A DNA stretch of 64,000 nucleotides from an uncultured Smithella sp. GTDB taxonomy: Bacteria; Desulfobacterota; Syntrophia; Syntrophales; Smithellaceae. The position numbers and the translations under genes were made by a program. The notes under the pieces were generated by a model. That model made no database searches. It worked only from the letters and a program-made list of their open reading frames with translations, and was not told the DNA's origin. Of the stretch, positions 28,057 through 37,547 are shown one piece after another (position 1 is the stretch's first letter; each line of letters begins with the position of its first letter). The DNA lies in contig CAYVFA010000001.1 in the NCBI GenBank assembly GCA_964450075.1, forward strand, positions 11,893-75,892. Reading direction: 5' to 3'.

Positions 28057-28151
28057 CTATATTCCAGTTATTTCATGATCTTTATTGACTCGCGGTTCTA
28101 AATTGTGCTAAGTGACAACCAGTTTTCAGGGTTTTTAAATTTCAGTGATGA

Positions 28152-28811
28152 ATGTTTGAAATGATTGATTTACATACACATTCTATTTTAAGCGACGGCG
28201 ATCTTATTGTGTCCGAGTCTGTTCAGCGCGCCTTTGCCGCCGGATACAAGATAATAGCTATTACCGATCATGCCGATTATTCCAATCTTGACTTTATTAT
28301 TCCAAGGGTGGTCAAGGCGTGTACAAAAATTACTCAGAAGGGCAGAATGCAGGTTTTGCCTGGTGTGGAACTCACGCATGTTGACCCAACCGACATCGCC
28401 TCGCTTGCCGCTGAAGCCAGAAAACTGGGGGCAAAAATTGTTGTCGTCCACGGTGAAACCATAACGGAACCCGTGCCTGCGGGCACCAATCTAGCCGCCA
28501 TCCATGCGACCGTCGATATCCTTGCCCATCCGGGCCTGATAACAGAAGAAGAAGTATGTCTTGCTGCACAAAAAGGTGTTTTTCTCGAGATAACCACCCG
28601 CAGAGGTCATAGTTTCAGTAACGGCCATGTTGCTCAAATGGCCAGAAAATGTAACGCGAAACTGGTGCTCAATAACGACGCTCATGCGCCGGGTGATTAT
28701 GTCGGCCTTAAAATGGCGACGACTATCGCAAAAGGAGCAGGATTATCCGACGAAGAGATTTCTGTTATGTTTGAAAATTCTCAAAAGCTGGTTCAGAGGA
28801 TTGGTGTGTGA
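28152..28811 (+). CDS. PHP-domain phosphoesterase (histidinol-phosphatase-like)
   Basis: MIDLHTHSILSDGDL, ITDHAD, VVHGE and NNDAHAPGD are metal-binding motifs of the PHP family. Confidence 0.8.
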   Translation: MFEMIDLHTHSILSDGDLIVSESVQRAFAAGYKIIAITDHADYSNLDFIIPRVVKACTKITQKGRMQVLPGVELTHVDPTDIASLAAEARKLGAKIVVVHGETITEPVPAGTNLAAIHATVDILAHPGLITEEEVCLAAQKGVFLEITTRRGHSFSNGHVAQMARKCNAKLVLNNDAHAPGDYVGLKMATTIAKGAGLSDEEISVMFENSQKLVQRIGV

Positions 28812-30070
28812 AGAGTCGTTTGGGTTCAAAGCCGTTGAAGATCTGCCTGTTGACTTACCGGGGTAATCCCACTTGCGGCGGGCAGGGTGTTTATATCAAG
28901 CATTTAGCCGAGGCACTGGCCGACGAAGGACATCAGGTGGATGTCATATCCGGTCCGCCTTATCCCCATCTGAATAAAAATATTGGCCTGATTAAAATGC
29001 CCAGTCTTGATCTTTATCATCCGGATCATCTTTTCTGGCCGGAAAAAATCAGCGATTTAATAAAACCGCTTAATCTGTATGAGTTTTTAAATGTCTGTGT
29101 GGGCAGTTTTCCAGAACCTTTTACTTTCGGCGAACGGGTTTACGACTATCTGAAAGAGCACAAAAACGATTATGACATTGTTCACGACAACCAGTGTCTT
29201 GCCTATGGTATCGGCAAACTGGCGCAGGAGGTTATGCCGACGATTGTCACCATTCACCACCCGATTACGGTGGACAGGCAGGAAGACTATAAAGCGGCCA
29301 AAACACTCCGTCAGAAATTTCGTGTTCGCCGCTGGTACTCATTTATCAACATGCAGTTGAAAGTTGCCCAAAAATTTTCTCATATTATCACGGTATCGGA
29401 ATTCACCAGGAAAGATATTGCCAAAGAGTTTTCACTGGATGAAAATAAATTCCGCGTTGTGCATAACGGCATCATCAACGAATATTTTTATCCCAAACAA
29501 AACGGCCCGCGGCCGGAAAATTCTCTGATTGTAACCAATAGCGCGGACACCCCCCTGAAGGGTCTCAATTTCCTTCTGGAGGCAGTCGCGGAAATACGTA
29601 AAAAACAGCCGATCCACCTAACCGTTATCGGTCAGCCCAAGAAAGACGGTATCATTGAAAACCTGGTGGCCAAACTGGGCGTTGGGGATATTGTCCACTT
29701 TACCGGGCGCATTGACAATGAGGAATTTGCCGATTACTACGCCAAATCGACCATCGCCGTTGTCCCGTCTCTTTATGAAGGTTTTGGCATCCCGGCTGCA
29801 GAGGCGATGGCTTGCGGTGTGCCGCTTATTTCCACATCCGGGGGTGCTCTGCCGGAAGTCGTGGGAGAGGCGGGTATCATCGTTCCGCCTGCTGATTCCA
29901 AAGCGTTGGCGGATGCCATTACGCGATTGTTGAATTCCCCCGAAGAAAGAAATAAATACGCTCAGGCTGGATTAGAGCGCGTCCGTTCGGTTTTCAGCTG
30001 GAAAAAGGCCGCGCAGGAAGTGGCCGAAGTATATCACGAGGCAATCAATGATCACCGTAGATTTTCATGA
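28808..30070 (+). CDS. Glycosyltransferase family 4 (GT-B, group 1)
   Basis: KICLLTYRGNPTCGGQGVY and the C-terminal VVPSLYEGFGIPAAEAMACGVPLISTSGGALPEVV (E-x7-E region). There is a GTGA overlap with the PHP gene. Confidence 0.88.
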   Translation: MKSRLGSKPLKICLLTYRGNPTCGGQGVYIKHLAEALADEGHQVDVISGPPYPHLNKNIGLIKMPSLDLYHPDHLFWPEKISDLIKPLNLYEFLNVCVGSFPEPFTFGERVYDYLKEHKNDYDIVHDNQCLAYGIGKLAQEVMPTIVTIHHPITVDRQEDYKAAKTLRQKFRVRRWYSFINMQLKVAQKFSHIITVSEFTRKDIAKEFSLDENKFRVVHNGIINEYFYPKQNGPRPENSLIVTNSADTPLKGLNFLLEAVAEIRKKQPIHLTVIGQPKKDGIIENLVAKLGVGDIVHFTGRIDNEEFADYYAKSTIAVVPSLYEGFGIPAAEAMACGVPLISTSGGALPEVVGEAGIIVPPADSKALADAITRLLNSPEERNKYAQAGLERVRSVFSWKKAAQEVAEVYHEAINDHRRFS

Positions 30071-30749
30071 ATTGAAGTTAAAGCCGGGTTTTACAGTGCT
30101 GGACGCCGGATGCGGCAGTGGCAGGCATCTGCGTGCAATGGCCAGACTGCCGGGGCTGAAGATTGTCGGGATCGACCGGAATCCAGCCGATGTGGATGCG
30201 GCCGTCAAAGCGTTAAAAGAAATGCCTGATGCCCTCTCCAATGATTTTTCGGTGACGTGCGCCGACATCACACGACTGCCTTTTAGTGATGCATCGTTTG
30301 ACTGTGTCATTTGTTCGGAGGTGCTGGAGCACATTCCAGAGCATGAAGCCGCACTGAAGGAACTGGTTCGCGTCTTAAAATCGAGGGGGACTCTGGTGGT
30401 CAGTGTACCGCGATATTTTTCAGAACGCATCTGCTGGATGATTTCCACGGCATATTCGAGTGATGAGGGTGGTCACATCCGCATCTATAAAAAGAAAAAA
30501 CTTCAGAAAATGCTTACGGGGCAGGGCATGCAATGCTGGAAGATTAATTATAAACACGCGCTGCATGCGCCTTACTGGTGGCTGAAATGTCTGGTGGGTA
30601 TTAAAAATGATGACAATATTTTCGTAAAACTTTATCATAAGTTTCTGGTTTGGGATATGTTTTGCAAGCCCAGAGGAGTGCGGTTTCTGGAAGAAGCATT
30701 GAATCCGCTGATTGGTAAGAGTATCGTGTTTTATCTTAAAAAAGGTTGA
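30048..30749 (+). CDS. Class I SAM-dependent methyltransferase
   Basis: VLDAGCGSGRH (motif I) and FDCVICSEVLEHIP. It overlaps the GT gene by 23 nt. Confidence 0.85.
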   Translation: MITVDFHELKLKPGFTVLDAGCGSGRHLRAMARLPGLKIVGIDRNPADVDAAVKALKEMPDALSNDFSVTCADITRLPFSDASFDCVICSEVLEHIPEHEAALKELVRVLKSRGTLVVSVPRYFSERICWMISTAYSSDEGGHIRIYKKKKLQKMLTGQGMQCWKINYKHALHAPYWWLKCLVGIKNDDNIFVKLYHKFLVWDMFCKPRGVRFLEEALNPLIGKSIVFYLKKG

Positions 30750-30753
30750 GTGT

Positions 30754-31788
30754 ATGGAATTGAATGTATCTTTAAGCGAAGCGATCAAACCCATTGAAAT
30801 AGAGAAGGTAGCCGAGTTTATCGCCTCCCTGCAAAAAGATAATGGCGAGATACCCTGGTCGGCAGGGGGTAAAACGGATCCCTGGGATCATACCGAAAGC
30901 GCCATGGGGCTCAGCATCGCCGGATATTTCCATCAGGCTGAACGCGCCTACCAATGGCTGGTTTCAACGCAGTTGCCAGACGGCAGCTGGTGGTCGGAAA
31001 CCCAAGACGGGGCCGTTATCAATTCAACGAAAGAAACAAATTTCGCCGCGTATATCGCCGTGGGCGTTTATCATCACTATCTGATTACGGGCAATATTGA
31101 TTTTCTGAAAACCATGTGGCCGTCGGTGATGCGCGGCATCCAGTACGCAATCAACATGCAGGCGCCGGACGGTGAAATTTACTGGGCTAGAAACCGCGAA
31201 GGGGTCGTCGATAAGATGGCGCTTTTAACCGGGTGCAGTTCGATTTATATGAGCATCAAGTGCGCACTGGCTATTTGCGAGGTGCTGGGGATCAAACGAC
31301 CCAGCTGGCAGAAGGCCAAAGAGCTTTTGGGCGCAACCATTTGCAACCGGCCTGATCTGTTTAATATGATCAAGTCGCGGTTTTCGATGGACTGGTATTA
31401 TCCGATTCTGTGCGGCGCCATCAGCGGTAGCGAGGCAAAAAACAGGATCGACCACCTCTGGGATAAGTTTGTCGTGCCTGACTGGGGGGTTCGTTGTGTC
31501 AGCGACCGTCCCTGGGTCACGATGGCCGAAACATCGGAATTCATCATGACCTTGGCTGCTATCGGGGATGAAACCCGGGCTAAAACCATTTTCAGCTGGC
31601 TTGGCGATAAACGCTACCCTGACGGTTCTTACTGGATGGGCGTTACGTTTCCGGACACAGTCATCTGGCCGGAAGAAAAAACCGGCTGGACATCTGCAGC
31701 TGTCCTCATGGCCTGGGATGCCTTAAACGGCATAACGCCGGCTGCGAAAATCTTTAACCATCGCTATTGGCAGGAACGGAAATTATAA
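30754..31788 (+). CDS. Prenyltransferase/terpene-cyclase-like alpha-alpha toroid protein (QW-type repeats)
   Basis: Three Q/x-x-x-DG-x-W repeats are present: TQLPDGSWW, MQAPDGEIYW and KRYPDGSYW. ATG 30754 is preferred over the overlapping 30712 start. Confidence 0.65.
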   Translation: MELNVSLSEAIKPIEIEKVAEFIASLQKDNGEIPWSAGGKTDPWDHTESAMGLSIAGYFHQAERAYQWLVSTQLPDGSWWSETQDGAVINSTKETNFAAYIAVGVYHHYLITGNIDFLKTMWPSVMRGIQYAINMQAPDGEIYWARNREGVVDKMALLTGCSSIYMSIKCALAICEVLGIKRPSWQKAKELLGATICNRPDLFNMIKSRFSMDWYYPILCGAISGSEAKNRIDHLWDKFVVPDWGVRCVSDRPWVTMAETSEFIMTLAAIGDETRAKTIFSWLGDKRYPDGSYWMGVTFPDTVIWPEEKTGWTSAAVLMAWDALNGITPAAKIFNHRYWQERKL

Positions 31789-31875
31789 TCTTCTGATAAG
31801 CTTACCGCAGTTTTCGAAGTGTTAATTGTTTTGAAAATACATTGACCCAAAAATCATTTTGAAAAGAGACATGTA

Positions 31876-32598
31876 TTGCAAAAGGATCATCGTCCATATT
31901 ACGTGAAGCGTTTGTATCAAAAGTTTCAGAAGAGCTATGCACATTATTTTCTGGCTCCTCAATTTGAATATTTTGGCCGGGGGGTGGTGTTTATGAAGCC
32001 CTGGCAGGTGGAAGTCTTCGGTGGACCGGTTTTTCTGGGAGACTATTCCAATGTGATCGCGACGCCGGATAAAAAAGTAAGATTTACGGTTTGGCCTGCC
32101 TGGAAGTCTTCAGGAAAAATCTCTATTGGACAATGTTGTCTGATCTGTCCGGGCACAAGAATTATGGCCGCAACTTCTGTATCCATTGGCGATGGTTGCA
32201 TGACGGCTCAAAATGTCAGCATCAGCGATTCGGACTGGCATGATTTATACGATCGCAGTTTGTCGGTCGGCAATACCCAGGCGGTCAGCATCGGCAACAA
32301 TGTCTGGGTGGGCGAAAGCTCGATCATCTGCAAGGGCGTAACAATCGGAGACAATGCGGTCATCGGCGCCGGTTCGATCGTTGTAAAAGACATTCCGGCC
32401 AATGCGATTGCCGCCGGAAATCCGGCCAAGGTTATCAAATACCTGGATCCGGCTAAAACCTTAAAGACAAGAATGGATTGGCTTTCTGATCCCGTAAAAT
32501 TGGCCAGAGATTTTGAAGAGATTGATCGCGACACGATGAAAGGTAACACGCTGTCAGGCTGGCTCAGGTCATTGCTTTTCCCGCGAAGGGGAGATTGA
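31876..32598 (+). CDS. Hexapeptide-repeat acyl/acetyltransferase
   Basis: Left-handed beta-helix repeats: IGNNVWVGESSIICKGVTIGDNAVIGAGSIVVKDIPANAIAAGNPAKV. TTG start, uncertain. Confidence 0.8.
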   Translation: MQKDHRPYYVKRLYQKFQKSYAHYFLAPQFEYFGRGVVFMKPWQVEVFGGPVFLGDYSNVIATPDKKVRFTVWPAWKSSGKISIGQCCLICPGTRIMAATSVSIGDGCMTAQNVSISDSDWHDLYDRSLSVGNTQAVSIGNNVWVGESSIICKGVTIGDNAVIGAGSIVVKDIPANAIAAGNPAKVIKYLDPAKTLKTRMDWLSDPVKLARDFEEIDRDTMKGNTLSGWLRSLLFPRRGD

Positions 32599-32600
32599 AT

Positions 32601-34172
32601 ATGAAAGTTGCCGTTATTGCCGCACCCTATCCTCTGGGAGAGTACCCCTCGCCTCCGCTGGGCATCGCTTATGTCACCGCAGCCTTTGAAGCGGCCGGCT
32701 GTGAAGTGCGTGTTTTCGATTATATCATCTCCTGTTATTCCAGGGAAAAACTGGCCTTGCAACTGGCCGACTTTCAACCGGACGCGGTGGGCGCCGGTTC
32801 CGTCACGATGAATTTTTATGATGCGCAACGGATTCTGCGCGATGTGAAAAGCATCGATTCCGACATTCTCACCATGATGGGCGGGCCGCATGTATCCTTT
32901 ACCGTGGATGAGACGCTCAGAACCTATCCGGAAATCGATTTAATCTTTATCGGCGAGGCTGATGATACCATCGTTGAATTTGCTCCGCTCATCAAACAGA
33001 AAAATAAATGGCGCGGTATTCAGGGTATCGCATTTCGGGACGCAGGCGAAATCGTCAATAACGGCAGGAGAGATTTCATCGTTGATGTTGACCGCATTCC
33101 CCTGCCGGCAAGGCACAGGCTGCCCATCTCGCGTTATCGGGCGCTTGGTTTTCCGGTCAGCATGATTACAGGCCGCGGCTGTCCTCATGGCTGCATCTTT
33201 TGTCTGGGGCGGAAAATGGTCGGATCGAAAGTGCGCCGCCGCAGTCCGGGACTGGTGCTCGATGAAATTGAGCAGATCATGGGGTTGGGATTTGACCGCA
33301 TGAATATTGCCGACGATCTTTTTGCCTCTGATACCGATCGGGTCAAGGAAATATGCAACGGCATCAAAGAACGTAACTTGAAATTCGCCTGGAGTGCATT
33401 TGCCCGCGTCGATACCGTTCATCAGGAGATGTTTGACGCCATGGCGGCTGCGGGTTGCGACAGCATCAGCTTTGGCGTAGAATCGGGCTGTCCCGAAATG
33501 CTCAAACGAGTCAGGAAGGGAATTAAGCTTGAACAAGTGAAAAACGCGGTCCGGATGTGTAAACAGTCGGGTATGCTGGCTCATGCCTCCTTCATGGTCG
33601 GGTTGCCGGGTGAAACGAAAGATACGCTCAAAAGAACTGATGCATTTGCCAGAAGCCTTGATGTTTATTATGGTTATCATTTTCTTGCGCCTTTCCCGGG
33701 AACAACCTTGTGCGAAAAAGCAGGCGACTATGATCTGGAAATATTAACCAGAGACTGGTCCAAGTATGATGCCAATGACGCGATCGTGAAAACGGCAGAG
33801 CTTACACCGCAGGATATCCGTGATTTTGTCGCTTTATATGATGCGGAGATTAACAACGACTGGCAGCAAGTGCTGGACAATTACAAGACGGGAAAGAACA
33901 CGCCATATGATGACATGCGGATTGAAGGTCAGCGCCGGATGAATATCACCTTTGCCATTCTCAAGGAAGATCTGGTTGAAAAACTGGGTTTCATTCATGC
34001 CTCCGAGCTAAGCGGAGAGGGTGATGCAGCCAAAAGGATATTGTCCGAAAGAATGAAAAAACATATTGTAGGCGATCCCGGTCTGATTGAAAACACCGTC
34101 CATGATTTTCTTTCCCGCGGCTACATTAAAGCAAAAGAAACCGACAAAGGCTGCACCTGGCAATGGGCGTGA
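32601..34172 (+). CDS. B12-binding-domain radical SAM protein (class B)
   Basis: The N-terminal cobalamin-binding-like segment is MKVAVIAAPYP...PPLGIAYVTAAFEAAGCEVRVFDY. The radical SAM motif is GRGCPHGCIFC (CxxxCxxC). Confidence 0.85.
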   Translation: MKVAVIAAPYPLGEYPSPPLGIAYVTAAFEAAGCEVRVFDYIISCYSREKLALQLADFQPDAVGAGSVTMNFYDAQRILRDVKSIDSDILTMMGGPHVSFTVDETLRTYPEIDLIFIGEADDTIVEFAPLIKQKNKWRGIQGIAFRDAGEIVNNGRRDFIVDVDRIPLPARHRLPISRYRALGFPVSMITGRGCPHGCIFCLGRKMVGSKVRRRSPGLVLDEIEQIMGLGFDRMNIADDLFASDTDRVKEICNGIKERNLKFAWSAFARVDTVHQEMFDAMAAAGCDSISFGVESGCPEMLKRVRKGIKLEQVKNAVRMCKQSGMLAHASFMVGLPGETKDTLKRTDAFARSLDVYYGYHFLAPFPGTTLCEKAGDYDLEILTRDWSKYDANDAIVKTAELTPQDIRDFVALYDAEINNDWQQVLDNYKTGKNTPYDDMRIEGQRRMNITFAILKEDLVEKLGFIHASELSGEGDAAKRILSERMKKHIVGDPGLIENTVHDFLSRGYIKAKETDKGCTWQWA

Positions 34173-34303
34173 GGTGGGAGGAGTAATACGTCAGACGTAT
34201 GGAACGACCAGTTGGTGCAACTCCATTATTTTATTTTGTAATAAACACTTTAATTGCCCGACAGTCATTAATAGCGCACCCCGCTTTTTATCTTAAAGTT
34301 CCA

Positions 34304-34332
34304 TTGACATAGAAAATCATTCTTTATATACT
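34304..34332 (+). promoter_or_regulatory. Sigma-70-type promoter: TTGACA, 17-bp spacer, TATACT
   Basis: The -35 is at 34304-34309 and the -10 at 34327-34332, about 120 nt upstream of the 34452 start in an AT-rich gap. Confidence 0.45.
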
Positions 34333-34451
34333 TCAAAAAAAAGCACGAAAATCTTCTTGCTATTTATGTTTCCTCCAAACAGACAGACATGAGAATGTTT
34401 ATCCATTCAATTTTTAATTAACACAAAATATCAGTAAAAGGAGTTCGGCAA

Positions 34452-36839
34452 ATGTCTATGAGAATGATGAAGGTTATTTTTAACCTATGTATCTCATTCG
34501 TAATCATGAGTTGTGCGCATGCACCAACGCAGGTGCAGTTTTGCGAAAACAATAAATGCGCAGTTCTCTCTGAAGCCGATTCCCAAGATGCGGTATTTCA
34601 AAAGATTACTTCTATGATGAAATCCAATCTCAATAAAACAATACCTCTGATTGTAGGTCGCGAAAAGGAAGGCAAAACGGATACTGATATCGTTGGACAT
34701 CACAGATGGATCGCGAAAAATCATGTAGAATATGAAATATCACCGAGAATTCATTCTCTTACTTTCACCGACATTCTCTACATAGATCGAGAAACAAGAG
34801 AAATCAAGGTTATGGCCCAGGCTGATATTTCACACCCTGCTTTTCCTTCGGCTCAATGTGGCACTTACCCAGCCCTCTCGTCAACTGTTCAGATGCCTTC
34901 TGCCATAACTGTAAAATCGTCGAATAAGATTACGTTTACAGGCAAAATCAATATACCTGTTATACATTTACTTCCCCATCCATTGTGTCCCGAATTTAAG
35001 ATTGATATTGATGGTTTGATTGATTATATTGATGTCGATAAGTTATTTATGGCTTCTGAATTTTCAATTGACGTCTATGGCCAAAATACTGGTCTTACAC
35101 GCAAGAATGGTTATCTGCATCTTTCCTTCAAGGACGGCGTACATAAAACAAGTAAAACATATGAAAAAGCAAAAAATCTATCGGCAAAACCGACTATTTA
35201 CCAGCAGGCAAAGGAAAGTAAGGAGATTGTTGAAATTATCACTGCGGCAGATACTCCTCAACTTGCCTACACAGTAAAGCTACAAGATCAGAACAACAAC
35301 AAAGTACTTGATGGCGGCGAGAAAGTAAGCCTGCGCGTGGAAGTTGAAAACACAGGCGAAGGTACAGCCAATGATGTAAGCATTGAACTTACGGGCCAGA
35401 AGGAAATCATTGATGCCCTGGGTAACAAGGCATCAATTGGGGATATTCAACCGAAGCAGAAGAAGCTGTATGAGTTCAAGGGCGTTTTGCCTCTGCAAAT
35501 CCCTTCCGGCAAAGCTGTGGTGCGCGTGGAAATAGTTGAAGACAAGGGATTTTCACCTCAAGAGAAGAAGTCGTTTCAGATAGCGATGCGACCATCTAAG
35601 GTGGCAAAGGAAAGCAAGGAAAGTTTTGAAGTTATTGCCGCAAAGCTTCCCCGGCTTGCCTACACCGTGGGGCTGCAAGATCAGGACAACAACAAGGTCC
35701 TCGATGGTGGAGAGAAATTAAGCCTGCGTGTGGAAGTTGAAAACACAGGCGAAGGTACAGCCAATAATGTGAGCATTGAGCTATCCGGTCAGAAGGAAAT
35801 CATTGATGCCTTGGGCAGTAAGGCGCAAATCGGGGACATTCAACCGAAACAGAAAAAGGTGCATGAGTTCAAGGGTGTTTTACCCGTCAATATTCCTTCA
35901 TCCACTGCCCTGTTACGAGTTAGTCTCCATGAATTTAACGGATATTCTCCCGCCAGAGGAAAGTCTTTTCAGATAGCCATGAAAGCTGCGGAAACGGCAA
36001 CGGACCAGACCGAGATTATATCTGAAGTAGATGTTGACGATATACCTCAGCGGATCAAAGGTGCTGAGAATAAGAATAACTATGCCATTGTCATTGGCAT
36101 CGGCACATATCGGGACAAAATTATTCCCAAGGTTAAATATGCCAATCGAGATGCGGAAACCATGGCCAGATACCTGGAAAATTTAGCTGGGATTCCTAAA
36201 GGGAATATTTTAATTAAAACGGATTCGGATGTAACTAAGGGTGACTTGGAAGACTATTTTGAAAACTGGCTGCCCCGGAGGGTCACCGGTGATTCTCTGG
36301 TTTATGTTTACTATGCAGGTCACGGTACACCTGATCCTGCAGGGAAAGATGCCTACATTGTTCCGTATGAAGGCCATCCGGATTCTCCCGGCAAACTTTA
36401 CCCGCTGACGAAGATGTATGCTGCACTGACCAAACTGCCGGCGAAACAGGTAGTGGTGATGCTGGACAGTTGTTTTTCCGGTGTGGAAGGGCGTGGTGTA
36501 ATAAGTGAAGGCACAAGGCCTTTGGTCATGTCTGTAGAGAATCAGGTATTGACTGGGAATAGGGTGTTTGTAATTACCGGAGCAAAGGGAAATCAGATGA
36601 GTTCTGATTATGACAAGGTAAAGCATGGCCTGTTCACATATTATCTTTTAAGAGGTATCCGGGGAGAAGCAGATAAAAGTGGGCGCGGTGTTGTCAGTGT
36701 TGGAGACTTATATGAATACGTCAAGCAAAGTGTCACCCGGACAGCATCTTTGGAATTAAACAGAGATCAGACACCCGATTTACTTCCCGGCAAGGCAGCC
36801 GAAAGTATACTTTCTCTGCCCATAGCAAGGACAAAATAA
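34452..36839 (+). CDS. Lipoprotein with duplicated CARDB/Ig-like domains and C-terminal caspase (C14) domain
   Basis: Lipobox VIMSC. Two 132-aa tandem repeats are present. Caspase motifs are YAIVIGIGTY, VYYAGHG (His 36321-36323) and VMLDSCFSG (Cys 36471-36473). Confidence 0.88.
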   Translation: MSMRMMKVIFNLCISFVIMSCAHAPTQVQFCENNKCAVLSEADSQDAVFQKITSMMKSNLNKTIPLIVGREKEGKTDTDIVGHHRWIAKNHVEYEISPRIHSLTFTDILYIDRETREIKVMAQADISHPAFPSAQCGTYPALSSTVQMPSAITVKSSNKITFTGKINIPVIHLLPHPLCPEFKIDIDGLIDYIDVDKLFMASEFSIDVYGQNTGLTRKNGYLHLSFKDGVHKTSKTYEKAKNLSAKPTIYQQAKESKEIVEIITAADTPQLAYTVKLQDQNNNKVLDGGEKVSLRVEVENTGEGTANDVSIELTGQKEIIDALGNKASIGDIQPKQKKLYEFKGVLPLQIPSGKAVVRVEIVEDKGFSPQEKKSFQIAMRPSKVAKESKESFEVIAAKLPRLAYTVGLQDQDNNKVLDGGEKLSLRVEVENTGEGTANNVSIELSGQKEIIDALGSKAQIGDIQPKQKKVHEFKGVLPVNIPSSTALLRVSLHEFNGYSPARGKSFQIAMKAAETATDQTEIISEVDVDDIPQRIKGAENKNNYAIVIGIGTYRDKIIPKVKYANRDAETMARYLENLAGIPKGNILIKTDSDVTKGDLEDYFENWLPRRVTGDSLVYVYYAGHGTPDPAGKDAYIVPYEGHPDSPGKLYPLTKMYAALTKLPAKQVVVMLDSCFSGVEGRGVISEGTRPLVMSVENQVLTGNRVFVITGAKGNQMSSDYDKVKHGLFTYYLLRGIRGEADKSGRGVVSVGDLYEYVKQSVTRTASLELNRDQTPDLLPGKAAESILSLPIARTK
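35208..35987 (+). repeat. Intragenic tandem duplication, 2 x ~396 nt (units start at 35208 and 35604)
   Basis: Both units start AKESKE and share long identical nucleotide runs, e.g. GTTGAAAACACAGGCGAAGGTACAGCCAAT and CAGAAGGAAATCATTGATGCC. Confidence 0.85.
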
Positions 36840-36856
36840 CGATACGGCGTCGGTCT

Positions 36857-37516
36857 TCAGGCTGATGCCTTGCGTTTCAGCACGCCCAATGATTTGAAAA
36901 GCGGCAGAACATCATATAATTCAGAATCGACTGCTAAAGAATAAACCTGATAGGGCGCCTGACCGCCGTCTGATGGATTCGGGAAAATGTCGTGAAAAAT
37001 CAGATAGCCACCTTTCATCACATGTTTGGCCCAGATTTTATAATCGTTCAATACAGATTCATAAGCGTGGCTGCCGTCGATAAAGAGCAGACTCAAAGGT
37101 GTTTGCCAGGCACCTCCGATAATTTCCGACCGACCAATGACAGGCACCACGGTATTGCCCAGATCAAAATCATCGATCGTTTTACGAAACAGACGAAAGG
37201 TGTCGATTTTCCCTGTTTCTTTATCCAGTAAGTCAGGATCAAAATATTCTTGTCCGGGCTGCTGTTCTTCCGAACCTGTGTGATGATCAACGGAAAACAA
37301 AACGGCGCTGTTTTCCCTGCAGGCCGTGCCCAGATAGATGGCAGATTTGCCGCAATAACTGCCGATTTCCAGGCAGGAACCGAATTTTGAGGCCTCTAAG
37401 GCCAGATTGTAGAGACGATGGGCCTCTGCTTCGTCCAGAAAACCTTTAACATTCATTGCTTTTGCAGAATCAATTTTCAAAATCAGCCATCCTTCTTTTT
37501 TGATGGTCATTCTCAT
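36857..37516 (-). CDS. Class I SAM-dependent methyltransferase (Methyltransf_24/O-MT-like)
   Basis: GFLDEAEAHRLYNLA, CLEIGSYCGKSAIYLG and LLFIDGSHAYESV. The start is uncertain (37516, 37510, 37456 or 37540). Confidence 0.75.
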   Translation of the reverse strand: MRMTIKKEGWLILKIDSAKAMNVKGFLDEAEAHRLYNLALEASKFGSCLEIGSYCGKSAIYLGTACRENSAVLFSVDHHTGSEEQQPGQEYFDPDLLDKETGKIDTFRLFRKTIDDFDLGNTVVPVIGRSEIIGGAWQTPLSLLFIDGSHAYESVLNDYKIWAKHVMKGGYLIFHDIFPNPSDGGQAPYQVYSLAVDSELYDVLPLFKSLGVLKRKASA

Positions 37517-37547
37517 AGCTTTCCGGGGGATTAATTGCAACCCAAAG

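Noticed and set aside
37500-37547. The N-terminal extension of the 37500-37865 ORF as a genuine start of an intact gene.
   Set aside because: The extension overlaps the 5' end of the convergent methyltransferase gene. It encodes no radical SAM cysteine motif and has no SD. I interpret the ORF as a remnant.
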